A stretch of DNA of 64,000 bases, taken from Cladosporium halotolerans (taxonomy: Eukaryota). Below, one piece after another: positions 11,881-25,590 of the stretch (positions within the stretch are counted from its first letter, which is position 1; each line of letters opens with the position of its first letter). The DNA is taken from NCBI RefSeq assembly GCF_011745625.1, contig NW_027191493.1:62001-126000 (forward strand), given 5' to 3'. A program made the position numbers and the translations under genes. The notes below the pieces were generated by a model, which had not been told where the DNA came from, searched no databases, and saw only the letters and a program-made list of their open reading frames with translations.

Positions 11881-13142
11881 CTAGAGGCGCTTACCAGGAA
11901 CAAAGATGAAGAGGCAGCAGAGCGCTGCATCGACAACTGCGATCCACGCCAGGCACATCAGCGCGCGCTTGTTCAGGAGTTTTCTGTAAGATACGTGAGT
12001 GTCTGTTGCATTCTATCGGATCGTATCCTTGGACATACCGCACGAAAGGCTCCTTCACTCTGGAGAAGCTCATGAAAGTGTACTCGCTGTATCCAGCCAG
12101 CGCCATCAGAGGGTCCAGCATGTACTGGTGAGTCGCAAGCAGGTAGACGCCGACGGTGAACGGCAAGATCTCCCAGCATCTTGTGCTCCGGCTTGCGTTC
12201 AGGAAGATGAGTACGAACGCTGTCCAGAGCGCACCGAAGAGAGCGATCAGGCCAGTGATCAGTCGCAGCATCATGCTGGGAGCAACAATGTTGCCCAGCG
12301 CCTTAGCCCGAAGGAAGCCGGGGAAGGCGTCGCGCTCCATCGCCTGGAAGACGTAGTCCTTAGCTGCGTCGAAGACTTCCGGATCATCGCGGCCCTCTTT
12401 CTCGATGTTGTTGGTGATGTCGTTCAGGATGCCTTGAGGGAGAATGATCTCGCGTTCTGCGCCGGGCAGAAGGTATGTGTAGAGGATCTTCTCCGCGGAA
12501 GCACGGATATCAGCGCGCGCGACGGTGTGCTCAGGCGAGCTGTTGCTGTTGATCTGGGGAGAGGGCGTGTTGGGAGAGTTGCCATTCTCGGTCATGTAGC
12601 TGGGCCGCGGAGGCGCTTCGGAAGTGTCGCTTCGGTTGCTGTGCTGGCTGTTCTTGGGGGAGTGCTTGCTTGCGGTTTCATTGCGCAGGAAGGCGGAGAG
12701 TCCGCTCTCGCTCTGACGGTGTCTGTGGCCGCTGGGGCCCTGATCCGCGGAGTTTCGCTCGAAGTTATCGAGGATCTGGGAGGATCTCTTGCTTCCGCCG
12801 CCTTTCTCGAGCTCAGGCGTGCCGATCAAAACGGATCGTCGGAGTTCGCGCACGTAGTGGCGGCAGAGGGACATGTGCTGGGAGACATCGAGCCTGTTTT
12901 TGCCAATGTTATTACGATGTTTCTCCTCCAAACGAGCGCAGCCGCCGGGCCGCAGGCGCGTCGCGCATATCTTCCACCTACCAGAAGTCCAAGTAATCCA
13001 CACTCCGCTGCACATCGCGCATGTAAATGTAAAAGGAGAAGAGGTCCACGGGCGCAGTCGTCCGTCGCGAGAGCACTTCGAAGAGGTTGGGGAGGCGGTC
13101 GCGCGGACCGGTGGAGTCGGGCGTGGGCGTGCGCGACGCCAT
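11881..13142 (-). CDS. RAX1: RGS-domain protein with three C-terminal TM helices (Rax1/RgsB-like); 3 exons
   Basis: Spliced start MASRTPTPDSTGPRDRLPNLFEVLSRRTTAPVDLFSFYIYMRDVQRSVDYLDFWLDV; later SAEKILYTYLLPGAEREI and GRDDPEVFDAAKDYVFQAMERDAFPGFL; ends FIFVPGKRL. Confidence 0.88.
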
Positions 13143-14135
13143 TGTCGCTGTCGGGTGCCGGCCGGTCGCTCACTGAAGGTGTGTGTCGAGGTCTCGAGTG
13201 TATTGTCTGCAGGAGAGGGCGTGGGGAGGTCTTCAATGCTCGCGCATGACGTTGGAGCGAAGAGAAGGCTCGCGAGGCCAATTAGCGCGGGAGTTGGGGG
13301 ACGGGGGCCAGATCGCGCGCAGCACCCATGAACAGACTTTCACGCCCTCATTTCAATTTGGCAGGGGAACGCCGAAACGCTTGCAGTTGCAACAATAACT
13401 GTTTGCTTTGCTTACGTATATCTGTGCGTCTTTCGCATGCTTACCATGCCTAATCATCGTACGGCATCGCATGCGAGCCATTTCCTACGCGTGCCGTTCG
13501 TGAAATCGGACCACAGTCGTACTTTCAAACACCGCTGATCTCCATCTGCGACGATCTCAAGGAGCTCCACAGTCTCACGTAAGGTCCTATACTTTCTGAT
13601 GCCCTACTGCTGCCGGGATATGCGAGCAGACACATACATATTGTATCGATATTACTTCAAGCATAGAGCTACTCCATTGCAGCGGTGATCCGGACGTCTC
13701 ACATTTTCTTGCCCACAAGACAGTGCGCCCCCCAACATACTCGTTGTACGCGACCGATCCTAGATGGCCGCGCACGGCGGCTGTTGGCGACAATCGTCGA
13801 TGAAGAGACCGCGCGAGTGATGCGTGACTGAGAATTAATTGATAAACGATTTACGGGACCCTTAATCAGACCATCTGGTGTTCCCCATGAGCAGCGTTGA
13901 ATCACCATTGCCTTGCATAACACTAGAATGAGAGTGTTTCGCCCTTCATTGATGATTCGCCGAAGCCAAAGCTGCGCGAAGCTCCCTCAAAGCCGAAACG
14001 CCAGCCAAAGTGCTCTCGCGCCGACGCGTCTCCTCCGCACGCGACGCTCGATCTGCCCGCGCTACATCACCACTTTTGCTGCCTTAGAACGTTCCATTCC
14101 AACCACAACCACCGAAACAATTGTTCACGTTCGCC

Positions 14136-15628
14136 ATGGCTCTTCTAGTCGACAAGCACCGCCCTCGCTCTCTCGATGCCCTCTCATATCACCCCGAGCT
14201 CTCCGATCGCCTAAGAGCATTGGTAAGAAATCCAGTCTCGGCCAGCGTCGCAAGCACTAACAAGAATGACGACTAGGCTGCTAGCGGAGACTTCCCGCAT
14301 CTGCTCATCTATGGACCTTCCGGCGCGGGCAAGAAGACGAGAATATCTGCCACGTTGAAAGCGCTCTTTGGGCCTGGCGTGGAAAAGATCAAGATCGATT
14401 CGAGGGTGTTTCAGACAACGAGGTGAGTTGGCAGCATTGGATGAAAAGGACTGGCTAGAGCTTGGAAAGAAACTGGCAGCCAAAAGGAATACAACATGGA
14501 GGTCGAGACGCAAAGCAGACCTAGACGCTAACGCCGCAACCCTCCCAGCAACCGCAAGCTCGAATTCACCCTCGTCTCCTCCAACTACCACCTCGAAATC
14601 ACACCCTCCGACGTCGGCAACTACGACCGCGTCGTCATCCAGGACCTCCTCAAAGAAGTCGCCCAGACCCAGCAGGTCGACCTGTCCGCCAAACAGCGCT
14701 TCAAGGTCGTCGTCATCAATGAAGCCGACCATCTCACTCGCGACGCTCAGGCCGCCCTCCGTCGCACGATGGAGAAGTACAGTCCCAATTTGCGCCTTAT
14801 CCTGCTCGCCAACAGCACCAGCAATATCATCGCGCCCATCAGGAGTAGATGTTTGCTGGTTCGTGTTGCGGCGCCGACGGTGGAGGAGATTGAGGGCGTG
14901 TTGAAGCTTGTCGGTGAAAAAGAAGGGCTGAAGGGTGGAGCTGGGTTGGAAAGTAGAGTCGCGAGGGATTGTGGAAGGAATCTGAGGAGGGCGCTGTTGA
15001 TGTACGAGGCGGTGCATGCGCAGAAGTAAGAATACCCGGTTGCCATTGGATTGAAGCTCTGTACGGTGATGCTGACGGACCGATCTTTGCAGCGATCAAA
15101 TCTCGGAGAAGACGCCCATACCGCCACCCGACTGGGAGGCACTCATCGAAGTCATTGCAAAGGAGATGATTGAAGAGCGATCGCCGGCCAGAATCCTGCA
15201 GGTCCGCGCGAAGCTGTATGATCTGCTCACGCACTGCATTCCTGCTACGACAATTCTCAAGGTACTGTTTGGCGCTTTCTGTTTTTGAAAGAACCTGCAT
15301 GTGCTGACCCGTCGCAACAGACCCTCACGTTCAAGCTCATGCCCAAGATCGACGACAGCCTGAAAGCGGACGTGGTGAAGTGGAGCGCATTCTACGAGCA
15401 CAGGATCAGGAATGGCAGCGTATGTTATCATCCGTGCAAGATGGTCAATCGAATTTGTTGCTAATCGCTGTACAGAAAGTCATCTTCCACCTCGAAGCCT
15501 TTGTCGCGAAATTCATGCGGTTGTACGAAGGGTAAGCGAATCATTCATCCTGCCTCTCTTCCGTATCGTCAGCTAACCCAACCTCGCGCAGACACTTCAT
15601 GGGCATGGATCTGGACTTTGACGACTAA
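14136..15628 (+). CDS. RFC5: Replication factor C subunit 5; 7 exons
   Basis: MALLVDKHRPRSLDAL, Walker A YGPSGAGKKT, SSNYHLEITPSDVGNYDR, INEADHL…AQAALRRTMEKYS, PIRSRC and KVIFHLEAFVAKFM. All six introns are GT-AG and in phase. Confidence 0.93.
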
Positions 15629-16694
15629 AGCTCAAGTCAACTCTAGGATCGAGTGCCGGGTCTGTCTGATCTTTGATTTTAGCGCGGCGTTGGGCCAGGG
15701 ATGTCATCGGAATATATGCATGATAATTTTCGAACGAAGCAAAGCAGAGGGTCTTCAGCTGCGCATTGACATATCCCATTACAAGATGACATAAGCACAG
15801 GCAATTCCAGGACGTCGCCTGCATCGAGGCTTGCGACAAATATCCCAGGCTGGCCGGTTCGACCGACGTCGAATCACACTTCTGAACCAGCCAGACACAA
15901 CTTCTACGCGCGAAAAGACTCGGTTCATAGTGTCTCACCCAGAAGGCCAACTACCACGCCATGTCTAAGGACCAAAAGTGCGACGCGAATACTCTTCGGG
16001 CGCCAGGAACGATGTCTCCACCCCATCTTCACATGTTTGAGCGAATGTTGCTTAGCGCATCAGTCAACATCCTCGCAGGGCCGCTGCTAATATCCATCGT
16101 TTTCAATAAGAAATCATCACCAACCATGTATGCTTGCAACGAGGTTTACAAGGTGGACGGCGCTCATCCCAAAATAGGTGAAATCACTACCGCTTCCGGC
16201 CTGACGTTCACATGCTATGCCACCCGCGAGGACTTTGCGCTTAGTGAGAAGCTTCGGCTGTCGTCGTTTATCGTGTGCATGATCTCACGTCGGCTGCTGT
16301 TCTAATCTCTACTTACGTTTCTTTGGTGAGACTGTAATCAGGGCGTAACGTTATCGGGTTCGGGGTGCACCACAGGTGGTTTCGAAACGCAGGGCTCGTC
16401 GGTGGCGCTCAGCTGGTTGCATGCCGACCAATCTGAGCAGTCAAGCGGACGAAGGGACTCTCGCCTCGTTTTTCCGACGAGCAGCTGAAGCACGTCTGTC
16501 TCGGCTGGCATCCTGCTTCAGCTGACAGGGTAGGGCAGACGGTTTATCAGTGTGAGGCTGAAGTCCTCTAGCGGGCGCTCCTGCCTACAAGTAGTGCGAC
16601 ATAAGAGCCCCGTCGATGACCTCGACTTATCAGTATCTCGACTTCAATTTAAGAAACTCCAAATTTTCACGTCCAATCGAAAGAACTGTTGCAA

Positions 16695-17228
16695 ATGGCT
16701 CGCCCAAGCGAAAACCTCCTCCAAAAGGACGGCAGCTACCCGCGCCCCAAATGGCAGCGCCTCGTCGGTTGGATCGAACAGCTGCACGACGACTGCAGGA
16801 ACTCCCCCAAGTCCGCCATCTTCACTCTCCCCAACCGCAGAGCTCAGAGCAATCTGAGCTTCAACGACGAGTTCCGCATCGACTGCCAGGGCTATTTCCG
16901 CCTGCACGACTGCGGCTGGTACAACCTCCAAGTCCAGGAGAACAGGCAGCGCGCGAGCGGCGACAACAATAGTACTACGGTCTTTACCACCTATGTCCAT
17001 GAGGAAGGCTATCACCGGGACAAGGATCCGATGATTCTGTGCTCGATGATCATGAAGACGATGGAGAGCCAGGTCAAGCATGCTATTCCGGAGATGACGA
17101 TATTCATCTGGCATGATCCCGCTTTGGGCGCTGTGAAGACTGTCAAGACGCTGCAGCGCTCACCGAAAGGGTTGCTGGAGTGGCAGAATGCGGGCAAGGG
17201 GCCTTGGAAGGTATGGCACCCGGAGTAA
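16695..17228 (+). CDS. Hypothetical protein (177 aa)
   Basis: Uninterrupted ATG ORF with coding-like C/G third-position bias and globular composition; no family recognised. Confidence 0.55.
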   Translation: MARPSENLLQKDGSYPRPKWQRLVGWIEQLHDDCRNSPKSAIFTLPNRRAQSNLSFNDEFRIDCQGYFRLHDCGWYNLQVQENRQRASGDNNSTTVFTTYVHEEGYHRDKDPMILCSMIMKTMESQVKHAIPEMTIFIWHDPALGAVKTVKTLQRSPKGLLEWQNAGKGPWKVWHPE

Positions 17229-17481
17229 GAGTCTGCTATACGGATCGGCCCAGAGACTCCCAGAGAACGACTGAATGCTTCAGGTCTCGATAGACAGCTG
17301 CGTTCGTTGATAAGACTGCCCGAGTCGGTTTGCAACGATGGTTCGGATTTACCGGCATTTGGCGTTCAGCGACTTTGAGATATCGATCACTCGTTGCGAT
17401 TGATAGTGCCATTGACCGCTTAATCAACTCAAAACATCCATATTGCAAGCTGTTCCACCAACACGAAGTGTCACCTCCGAT

Positions 17482-18621
17482 TCACATGCCACGCGTTCCC
17501 GCGGCCTTCCGCCAATATTCCTTCTCAATCTCACGCCATTTAGCGTTGTGGGCTTGATTATTCGCCCGCCAATCGGAATCCACCTTCCTCACCTCTGTCC
17601 AAAACTCATCGTTTGCATCAAGTTCTCCCTGCTCTAGCTCACCAACGTGCGCCCGTAGAATATTCTTGTCCAGAGCATGAGGCCATCCCGCGCGTTCGAA
17701 CGCAAGGCGTTTAGCCCAATATTTGTTGTGGCATTCTTTTGCGTTTTCCAGTTCCCAGCTTAGGTCTTCCCACCGCACATGATGCCAACTCCCCGCCGGA
17801 TCCCTGGGTTTAGGTATCAGCTCACAGGTCACTTCCGCAACAAAGTCTATACATACGCATCGAGATGATCTGGCGTGAGGGCTCCCATGCTTTCCGTCAT
17901 CATGCTTAAAAGTCTTTCTGGGTTCGTGGGACATGAGGCCTCTCTCGTCAGACACTCAAACCCACGAGCCATATTGTCGTCTCGCCACGGTACTAGGCTT
18001 AATGTGTGGAGGTTTTGAACCCATTTGCCGATGAGATCCTCTGGAGAAGTCGCGTTCATTTCGAATGCATCTTGAGTCGGTTCATAGATTGAAAGCTCAG
18101 CAATTGTCCCTATGTAGCAGCGTCAGCAACTTAGCAACGGTTCTTCAAGATTGTTATGGAGACAAGATACTATTTCTAGTGTCGTAGAATACGCAATTGG
18201 CGTCTCGATGAATACCTTGGAACACAGATATGATCCAGGGCGGCAGAGAGACCTCTTCTGCTTCGTGGTCGAGTCCAAATCTCCGACCGTCCGTTGAATA
18301 ATTACCTCCCCTAACCTTAAGACAAGTCACCGGCTCGCTATAACCGGGCGTGATTCCGATGGAGCCCCTGTAGGGTTCAATGCCAGATTCGGTGACATAT
18401 GGTAGGTAATGCAGGAGCTCTTCTGCTTCCGGAGTGAGGCCCGCTTTTTGGATCTGGGCTGTTGCGAGAGGGACTTTGCCTTCACCTCTGTGTGGCGGAA
18501 ACTGTACCTCATCCTCTCTGAGATAATCTAGATCGAGTATTGCGCGGTAGTATGCGTCCACGGTCGAGATCAAGCTGGCATGGCTAATGGCGACTTGGGA
18601 CATTTTGGGCTCTCCGTCCAT
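17482..18621 (-). CDS. Fungal hypothetical protein; 3 exons
   Basis: ORFs 18154-18621, 17847-18059 and 17482-17955 join through two phase-compatible GT-AG introns with CTGAC/CTGAT branch sites. Segments YLxxxEVQFPP, LLHYLPY and FERAGWP resemble a common fungal uncharacterised family. Confidence 0.65.
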
Positions 18622-20799
18622 GCTTGATCAGATAAAAGCGACGTTGGGAAGAGACTTTTGTCGAAGGGAAAGTGACTTCGAGTTCCTCTTTCGCATCTTC
18701 CAGTACTTTCAATAGCCAGGCGACACTATCATTAAGCGCCGTTTCCCCTCTATCATCTGCTCCACCACTGTTGCCTTTGCCGTCGCTCGCTTAATGCGGC
18801 GTTGGTTAGCGGCTGCCTAGCACGCCTGACTGGCTGACAGCCCAGCTCATATTTCAGCTCGATACAAGAGTCCCCACTTTTGAAGGTATCGTTGGCGATT
18901 ATTAGGGAGGCGATCTTTTGGCAGGCACATGGAACCACGCATTTGGCAATGTATGCGAATTGGATCGCGCAACGGTTTGAGTGTTGATTAGGTTAGTCGA
19001 CACTTGCATTATCTCTAAGCCTGAGCAAAGTGCGCAAAGATTCATCGCGCCCGCCTGTAGACAGAACTTCAACCAGTGCTCAAACGCTTCTCAGACTCTC
19101 TCGGCGCTACGAAGCACACCACGCTGATGACCATTTGGTTTGTCTCATTCATTTTCGGCGCCGTAAGCCCGGAGGCTCCTTCGAAAACAGCGCCTACAGG
19201 CAGATCCCTGAGCGACGGCCCATCGTACGCCGCAGAAAAGGCCGTGGAATAGCCATTGAGGGCTTCATGCATAATCGCAGAGGCGGCCATTGGCAGAGAC
19301 ATCTCCTCCAGCACTTTGGCTTTGCTTGCACCGGATCGGCCCTGGATGACCAGTATGTACCGAGTCTGATCGCTCGGGGTCAAGTTTTGCGAAAGACCTG
19401 GTCCGGCTCGGACTTGGGGCACCTGAAGCGAGTCATCTGCAGGAATCGCAGAGCTTGTATTGCTCGTGCCTCGGCGCACCCAAGATCCGATGTTCGGGTC
19501 TTTGAGGCACCAGGTATGAGAGTCGATCTCTTCCTGGGAAAAGGCGCCAGAGACCACGAGAACGGGCTTGTTGAAGGGCTGAATGAGCGCTTGGTCTGAG
19601 AACACGCCGTTTTGGGCGGCTCGTGAGAGGATCTGTGTTGGGTAGTGAATGTTGCTTTGACCCATTGTTTACTGTATGTACTAAGATCAGATTGCTTAGA
19701 GAGAACCAGGAAAGAAAACAAGTAGAAGAAGGTGGGACCTGTGATAAATAGGCACCCCATGCTTGGCTCACACGCTGAGAATCGAGGATCGTGAGCAAAA
19801 CAAATGGCCCAAAGCTCGATATTACAACAGACGTGGTCTGTCGCCAGTGGCTGCGTGAACTCATACCGGTGAGGGAGATGTCCATTCAAGCGAAGCAATG
19901 CCCTTCGCAAAATCGGCATGGCGTCAGACGCATTCTCGGAGTTGGAGAGCTGTCCGATTCGTTGCAGACTCGCTTCAAAACGGTAAACCAACGCTAAGTG
20001 CTTGTCCGCAGAGCTCTGGCCAATGTGCTTTGTCTTATCGTGTTTGCGGCGTTCGTCGATGAGCGGGGTCATGCAGAAACATTCGTGTCCGTCGCTGTAG
20101 GGCAAGTCTGAAGCCATGTATCCCGCGCTGATGCTTCGACACCGTGAGTACTTACTCTTTCAAACAACGCACGTGGTATCGACCCGCAGCCCCGCCCCGC
20201 CAGCCTGAAGAGCAGGCTACTCAGCTGCCCAGTGAAGCACGTCACTGATGGCTTGTTTTAGAAGAACAGCCAAGTTCACTGTCTCCGCCATATGTCGGCG
20301 AATGCATGCCCGAGAGCGTACATCACTAATATTCAGGAGAGAGCAGTGTGAGATGAGAAATTGTTGACACGCTGCAAAGCAGGGACAGCAGGCCGTCGGC
20401 CTCCGCCCGTGCCAGCGTGAAGATGTGTGTTTGATGAAACCAGGCTGAGTCACTAAGCCCTGCCAGACGCGTAGACGGTGGTATGAGAAGGTAGTATTGG
20501 AGGCAAAGGAAGATGCCGAGGTCGATAATTTTCTCGTATTGGATTCCCAAAACAGAGGGCGCTGGAGAAGGAAACGGTACGCTAGGCGCCGCCGCAGAGC
20601 CGCATGAGCTCGAACCCTGTCGGCCTGTCCCTCACGTGGGGCAACGAACGTCAATCGTACGCAGCGCAGTCATCGCCAACCTTCTTGCCCTCGTGAACTT
20701 TTGCTGACCTCTCGGTACTTGCTGAGCCATCTTTCTTCCCAAACCTCCAAGGACACACAGTACACCTTTTTTACGACCTCACATACGAAACGTTCGACC

Positions 20800-22373
20800 A
20801 TGCAAGTCCCTCTCCTCCGCCTCCAATGCGGTAAGCAGTGCCCCGCAATGCCGTTAGACTTCCCTGCGCAATTATGATGAGGATGCGCGTACGACTTTGA
20901 GACGAAGCACGCATGAACTGACATCTTGTGCGCAATGTATAGGCGTGGCCAGCTACGAATGGGGAAAGCCAGGATCGACATCTGCCGCAGCGCGGTTTGC
21001 GGCTGCGACACCACGCGACGACTTGAAGATCGAGAGTGAGAAGCCTTACGCTGAGGTGAGTTGAAGATTGTTCAAGAGGCTTGTAGAATCGATAGTTGAC
21101 ATCGCTTGTAGCTATGGATGGGCACACACCCCAGCAACCCCTCCTACGAAGTCGAGACGAAGCGCAGCCTGATCGACCTTGTGCAAGACAACCAGATGCT
21201 GCTCGGCTCGGATGTCGCAAAGAAGTACGGCCAGAAGCTGCCTTTCCTCTTCAAGGTTCTCTCGATCCAGAAAGCGCTCTCTATCCAAGCACACCCGAAC
21301 AAGAAGCTGGCAGAGCAATTACACGCCAAGAACCCGAAGGAGTACAAAGATGACAACCACAAGCCCGAGATGACGATCGCGATCACACCTTTCGAGGGCA
21401 TGTGCGGCTTCAGGCCGTTGAAAGAGGTGCTTTACTTTTTGAAGAACGTCAAGTCTTTCCGGAACCTGGTCGGTGAGTCGGTAGCGGGACGATTCGAAGC
21501 TGCTGTTGAGGGAAGTGGAAGGCCAGAGGAGGAGCTCAAGCAAGAGCTGAAAGAGGCTTTCAGCCACCTCATGAACTCAAAAGAGGAGGACATCAAGTCC
21601 GCAAGCGAAGAGTTGCTGGCGCAGGTCAAGGAGGAGAATGAGAGCTTTGCAGGAGGCCAGTCCACTCCTGCTCCTGGCAGCAAGGTGTTTGCTGAGGTTC
21701 TGCCTCGCCTGAACGGCCAATTTCCTGGCGACATTGGTCTGTTCGTTGTGTTCTTCCTGAACTTCGTCCAGCTGCAGCCTGGCGAGGCCATGTTTCTTCG
21801 CGCAGACGACATCCATGCGTACATCAGTGGCGGTACGCACGTTCCCTACCCTCCCTGTAAACCGACCGGCACTGACCTCTCACAGACATCATCGAATGCA
21901 TGGCCGCCTCTGACAACGTCGTCCGCGCCGGCTTCACGCCCAAATTCAAAGACGTCCCCACCCTCACCAACATGCTCACATACAATTTCGCGCCCATCTC
22001 CGAGCAAAAGATGTCGCCCGCCGACTTCCCCTACTGCAAATTCAACACCACCGCGCACTCATCTGACTCCTCCGCAATGCTCTATGACCCGCCCATCGAA
22101 GAGTTCTCCGTCGTCAAGACAGACCTCAAGTCTTCTGGCTCCAAGGTCACGTTCGAGGCCATCCAGGGACCGAGCATCATCATTTGCACTGAGGGCCAGG
22201 GTACTATCAGCGTTGGGCCGAAGAAGGAGGAGGTGCAGGAGGGCTGGGTGTACTTCGTTGGTGCTACCGCGGAGTGCGTACTGGAGAGCAGCGGCGAGAA
22301 GACTTTCAAGACGTTCCGGGCGTTCTGTGAGATCGGAGACGAAGGACAGAGGAACGTCAGTGGCAACCTCTGA
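20800..22373 (+). CDS. PMI40: Mannose-6-phosphate isomerase (type I); 4 exons
   Basis: [61 protein letters not shown] and [26 protein letters not shown]. Confidence 0.95.
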
Positions 22374-23036
22374 GAAGTTCCCACACACGGCATGGGGCGC
22401 CTAATGCCGCTTGAGCGCTCTCGGCCCCAGCAGCCGAACGAAGCTACGCAATCTCATTGTCTCTTCACCAAGATCCAGCATTTTGAATTACGTCTTTTCT
22501 TTCGGTCGTCTGAGCCTAGCCTTTCAGTATGGTTTGCGGGAACGAAACGCGTTATTCGGGGGGTATTATGTTCTAAAAGAAGCGAAGCGCAAAAGAAAAG
22601 CAAGAAGGTATCCTAATAAAAAAGCGTAGAGACAAAAGACACATTCAAACGGAAACACCCCCGCTCAAAGAAACAAGAACTTGCTGCTGCGGCTGCTTGG
22701 CGGAATGTTCGAAGATCACGCCTGCCGCCCAGCAGCGTTTCCGATCCAAACGTGTCCCCGCGCGGGTTTTGTGTTACAAGGTGGTGGTATAATGCAGTTT
22801 GATCCCGTGTGCTGACTCTTGACGCGTCGAACCCGTGCCTCATGCTTGCTTGCGCCTGCGCTTGTACTTTCGTTCGTGCCGGGTGGGAGGGATTGATTAT
22901 GCTGTTGGGGAGGTTTTGGGCGAGAGTGCGTGGAGTCGGGATCGCGCCGTGGCGCGCGTTGCTTGTGGTGCTGCTCCCTCTCGCGGTGCGGTGCTGGGCA
23001 GTGGATGATGGAGGAGTCGGGATGCCCGGGGCGGGC

Positions 23037-23964
<928 letters not shown>

Positions 23965-24954
23965 TGTGACCGAGTGTCGTGTGGTATTTGCGAATGTATG
24001 TACTTGTTCGCGTGGGGTATTCAAATGACGCGCGATGCGCGAAAATGTATTCTATGCGGAGCAGCTGTATCAAGCTTGCTTTCTTTCTAGTCGCTTTTGA
24101 ACTGTTCTTCAGCGCCCTTTCGATAACTCAATGGGCTCTTGGAATGTTCCCGAGAGTTTTGATCCGGCACGTGGATGGTCTGGAGAGAGTTTCCGGGGAT
24201 CGCTCCGTCGTTAAGGGTGCTCGTGAGGGTGTTGGATCTTGACAGGCGTGGACTGGCGTGACAGCGACAATGGCAGGGCAATGTCGTCGAGGATGGTGAG
24301 AAGAGACGGAGCGGGTGATGCGAAAGGTGTAAACAAGTTCTTTTGCTGGCTGGCCGTTGCAACTGCCCCCTCCCCTCCGTCCACCCCCTGGAACTGGGAC
24401 CTGCACTTGTCTAAGTTGGCGCCGTCCCGCGACCCTGCAGCAAGCGGCCCCTCCCGTTCAAGATGAGTGAACGCTCGTTTCACCGCGCCGGCGCGCGCCC
24501 GTCACCTCGAAGCATACTTCCTCTTGGAATTGCCGTCACCGAAGACTTCACACGCTTTGTTCTTGCTCAGGCGCCTCGATCTCAGCTTGAAGTCTATTGC
24601 ACTATCGCATCCGCAATACTACGCGACCAATAGACGCGACGGACGTGCACCTTGCATACACGACGCTGCAGTAAAGCTCGGCTCATGATCACCGCGACCT
24701 TGATAGCCTCATTCTGATCTCTCACGGCCACGGCTGTGCACACAGCGAAACTTAAGTCCACCAACGGGAAGGTGCGTGTTGATTGCCGCCATGGAGCTTG
24801 ACTCCAAAATCTTCGAAGCGAGGCCGTCTCCGCAGGCTCTTAGAATATTTCGACGTCACCCTTGCCGAGCCGTCCGGGCGTAGCGTAGTCTCGAGCTCCA
24901 TCCACGAACCCTACCTACACGAGACACGCGAGTAACATACTGGTAGATGCAGTT

Positions 24955-25500
24955 GTGGCTCTCCCGTATAATGAGCGCGACACGATGCGCGAAATGCTGC
25001 CCTCTATAGCCATTCGCGTCGACACTATGTTCGATGAAGTGTACAGCTGTGTAACAGAGCTGCAGCGGCGCAGCGCAATGAAGAGGTGGGTTTGGACGTA
25101 CGACGGCCGTCAGGTGTATGTGTACGAACAGTTGGAAAAGACCTTGCAGCTTCTGGACAAGTTCAAGTCATTGGGAAACGTCTTCGCCAATGTTTATCCA
25201 CTCCATGTCGAGCTGCTTTGGGCGGGCATCCGAGCTGGTCATCCGAGCTATCCTCGAGGTAAGCACTCGCCCACAAAGAGTGTGCTGTTTAGACTGTGCA
25301 CTGATAGCTGCCCTACAAGGTTGCCTTGTCTAATCTTGAGCAACGAGCTACCCTGTCCAAGGAATGGAGCTGTCTCTGTACGTGAGCAACCGGCTGAAAA
25401 TCTATCGGGACGGTTTCGCTCGCCTGAAACCTTCACCCGCATCGAACGAGTTTCGTAAAAACCTGATAGATCTGTACGCTCACATACTCGGGATTCGACT
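24955..25500 (+). pseudogene. Frameshifted, truncated relic of the N-terminal domain of a fungal NACHT/STAND (NLR-like) gene
   Basis: Reconstruction gives LDKFKSLGNVFANVYPLHVELLWAGIRAILE, an intron (25259-25319), then VALSNLEQRA…GMELSLYVSNRLKIY…FRKNLIDLYAHIL. This needs removal of a 13-nt duplication (25227-25249) and a second frameshift. There is no ATG start and no downstream P-loop. Confidence 0.65.
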
Positions 25501-25590
25501 ATTGACCCTGCGGGTAATTCCTAGTCACCCGCTGTCAGACAACTCAATCCCTGTGGGAAGTATCCCAGACGACCTTTCCTTTTGACTTTA

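Noticed and set aside
11999..13249. Long antisense or alternate-frame ORFs (e.g. 11999-13249 +, 54778-55608 +, 62546-63376 -, 4517-5302 -)
   Set aside because: These are shadows of GC-rich coding sequence on the other strand or frame and have no protein-like motifs.
20874..20921. C/D-box snoRNA in PMI intron 1 (ATGATGA … CTGA)
   Set aside because: Only ~48 nt between the boxes, no terminal stem, and the CTGA is the intron branch site.
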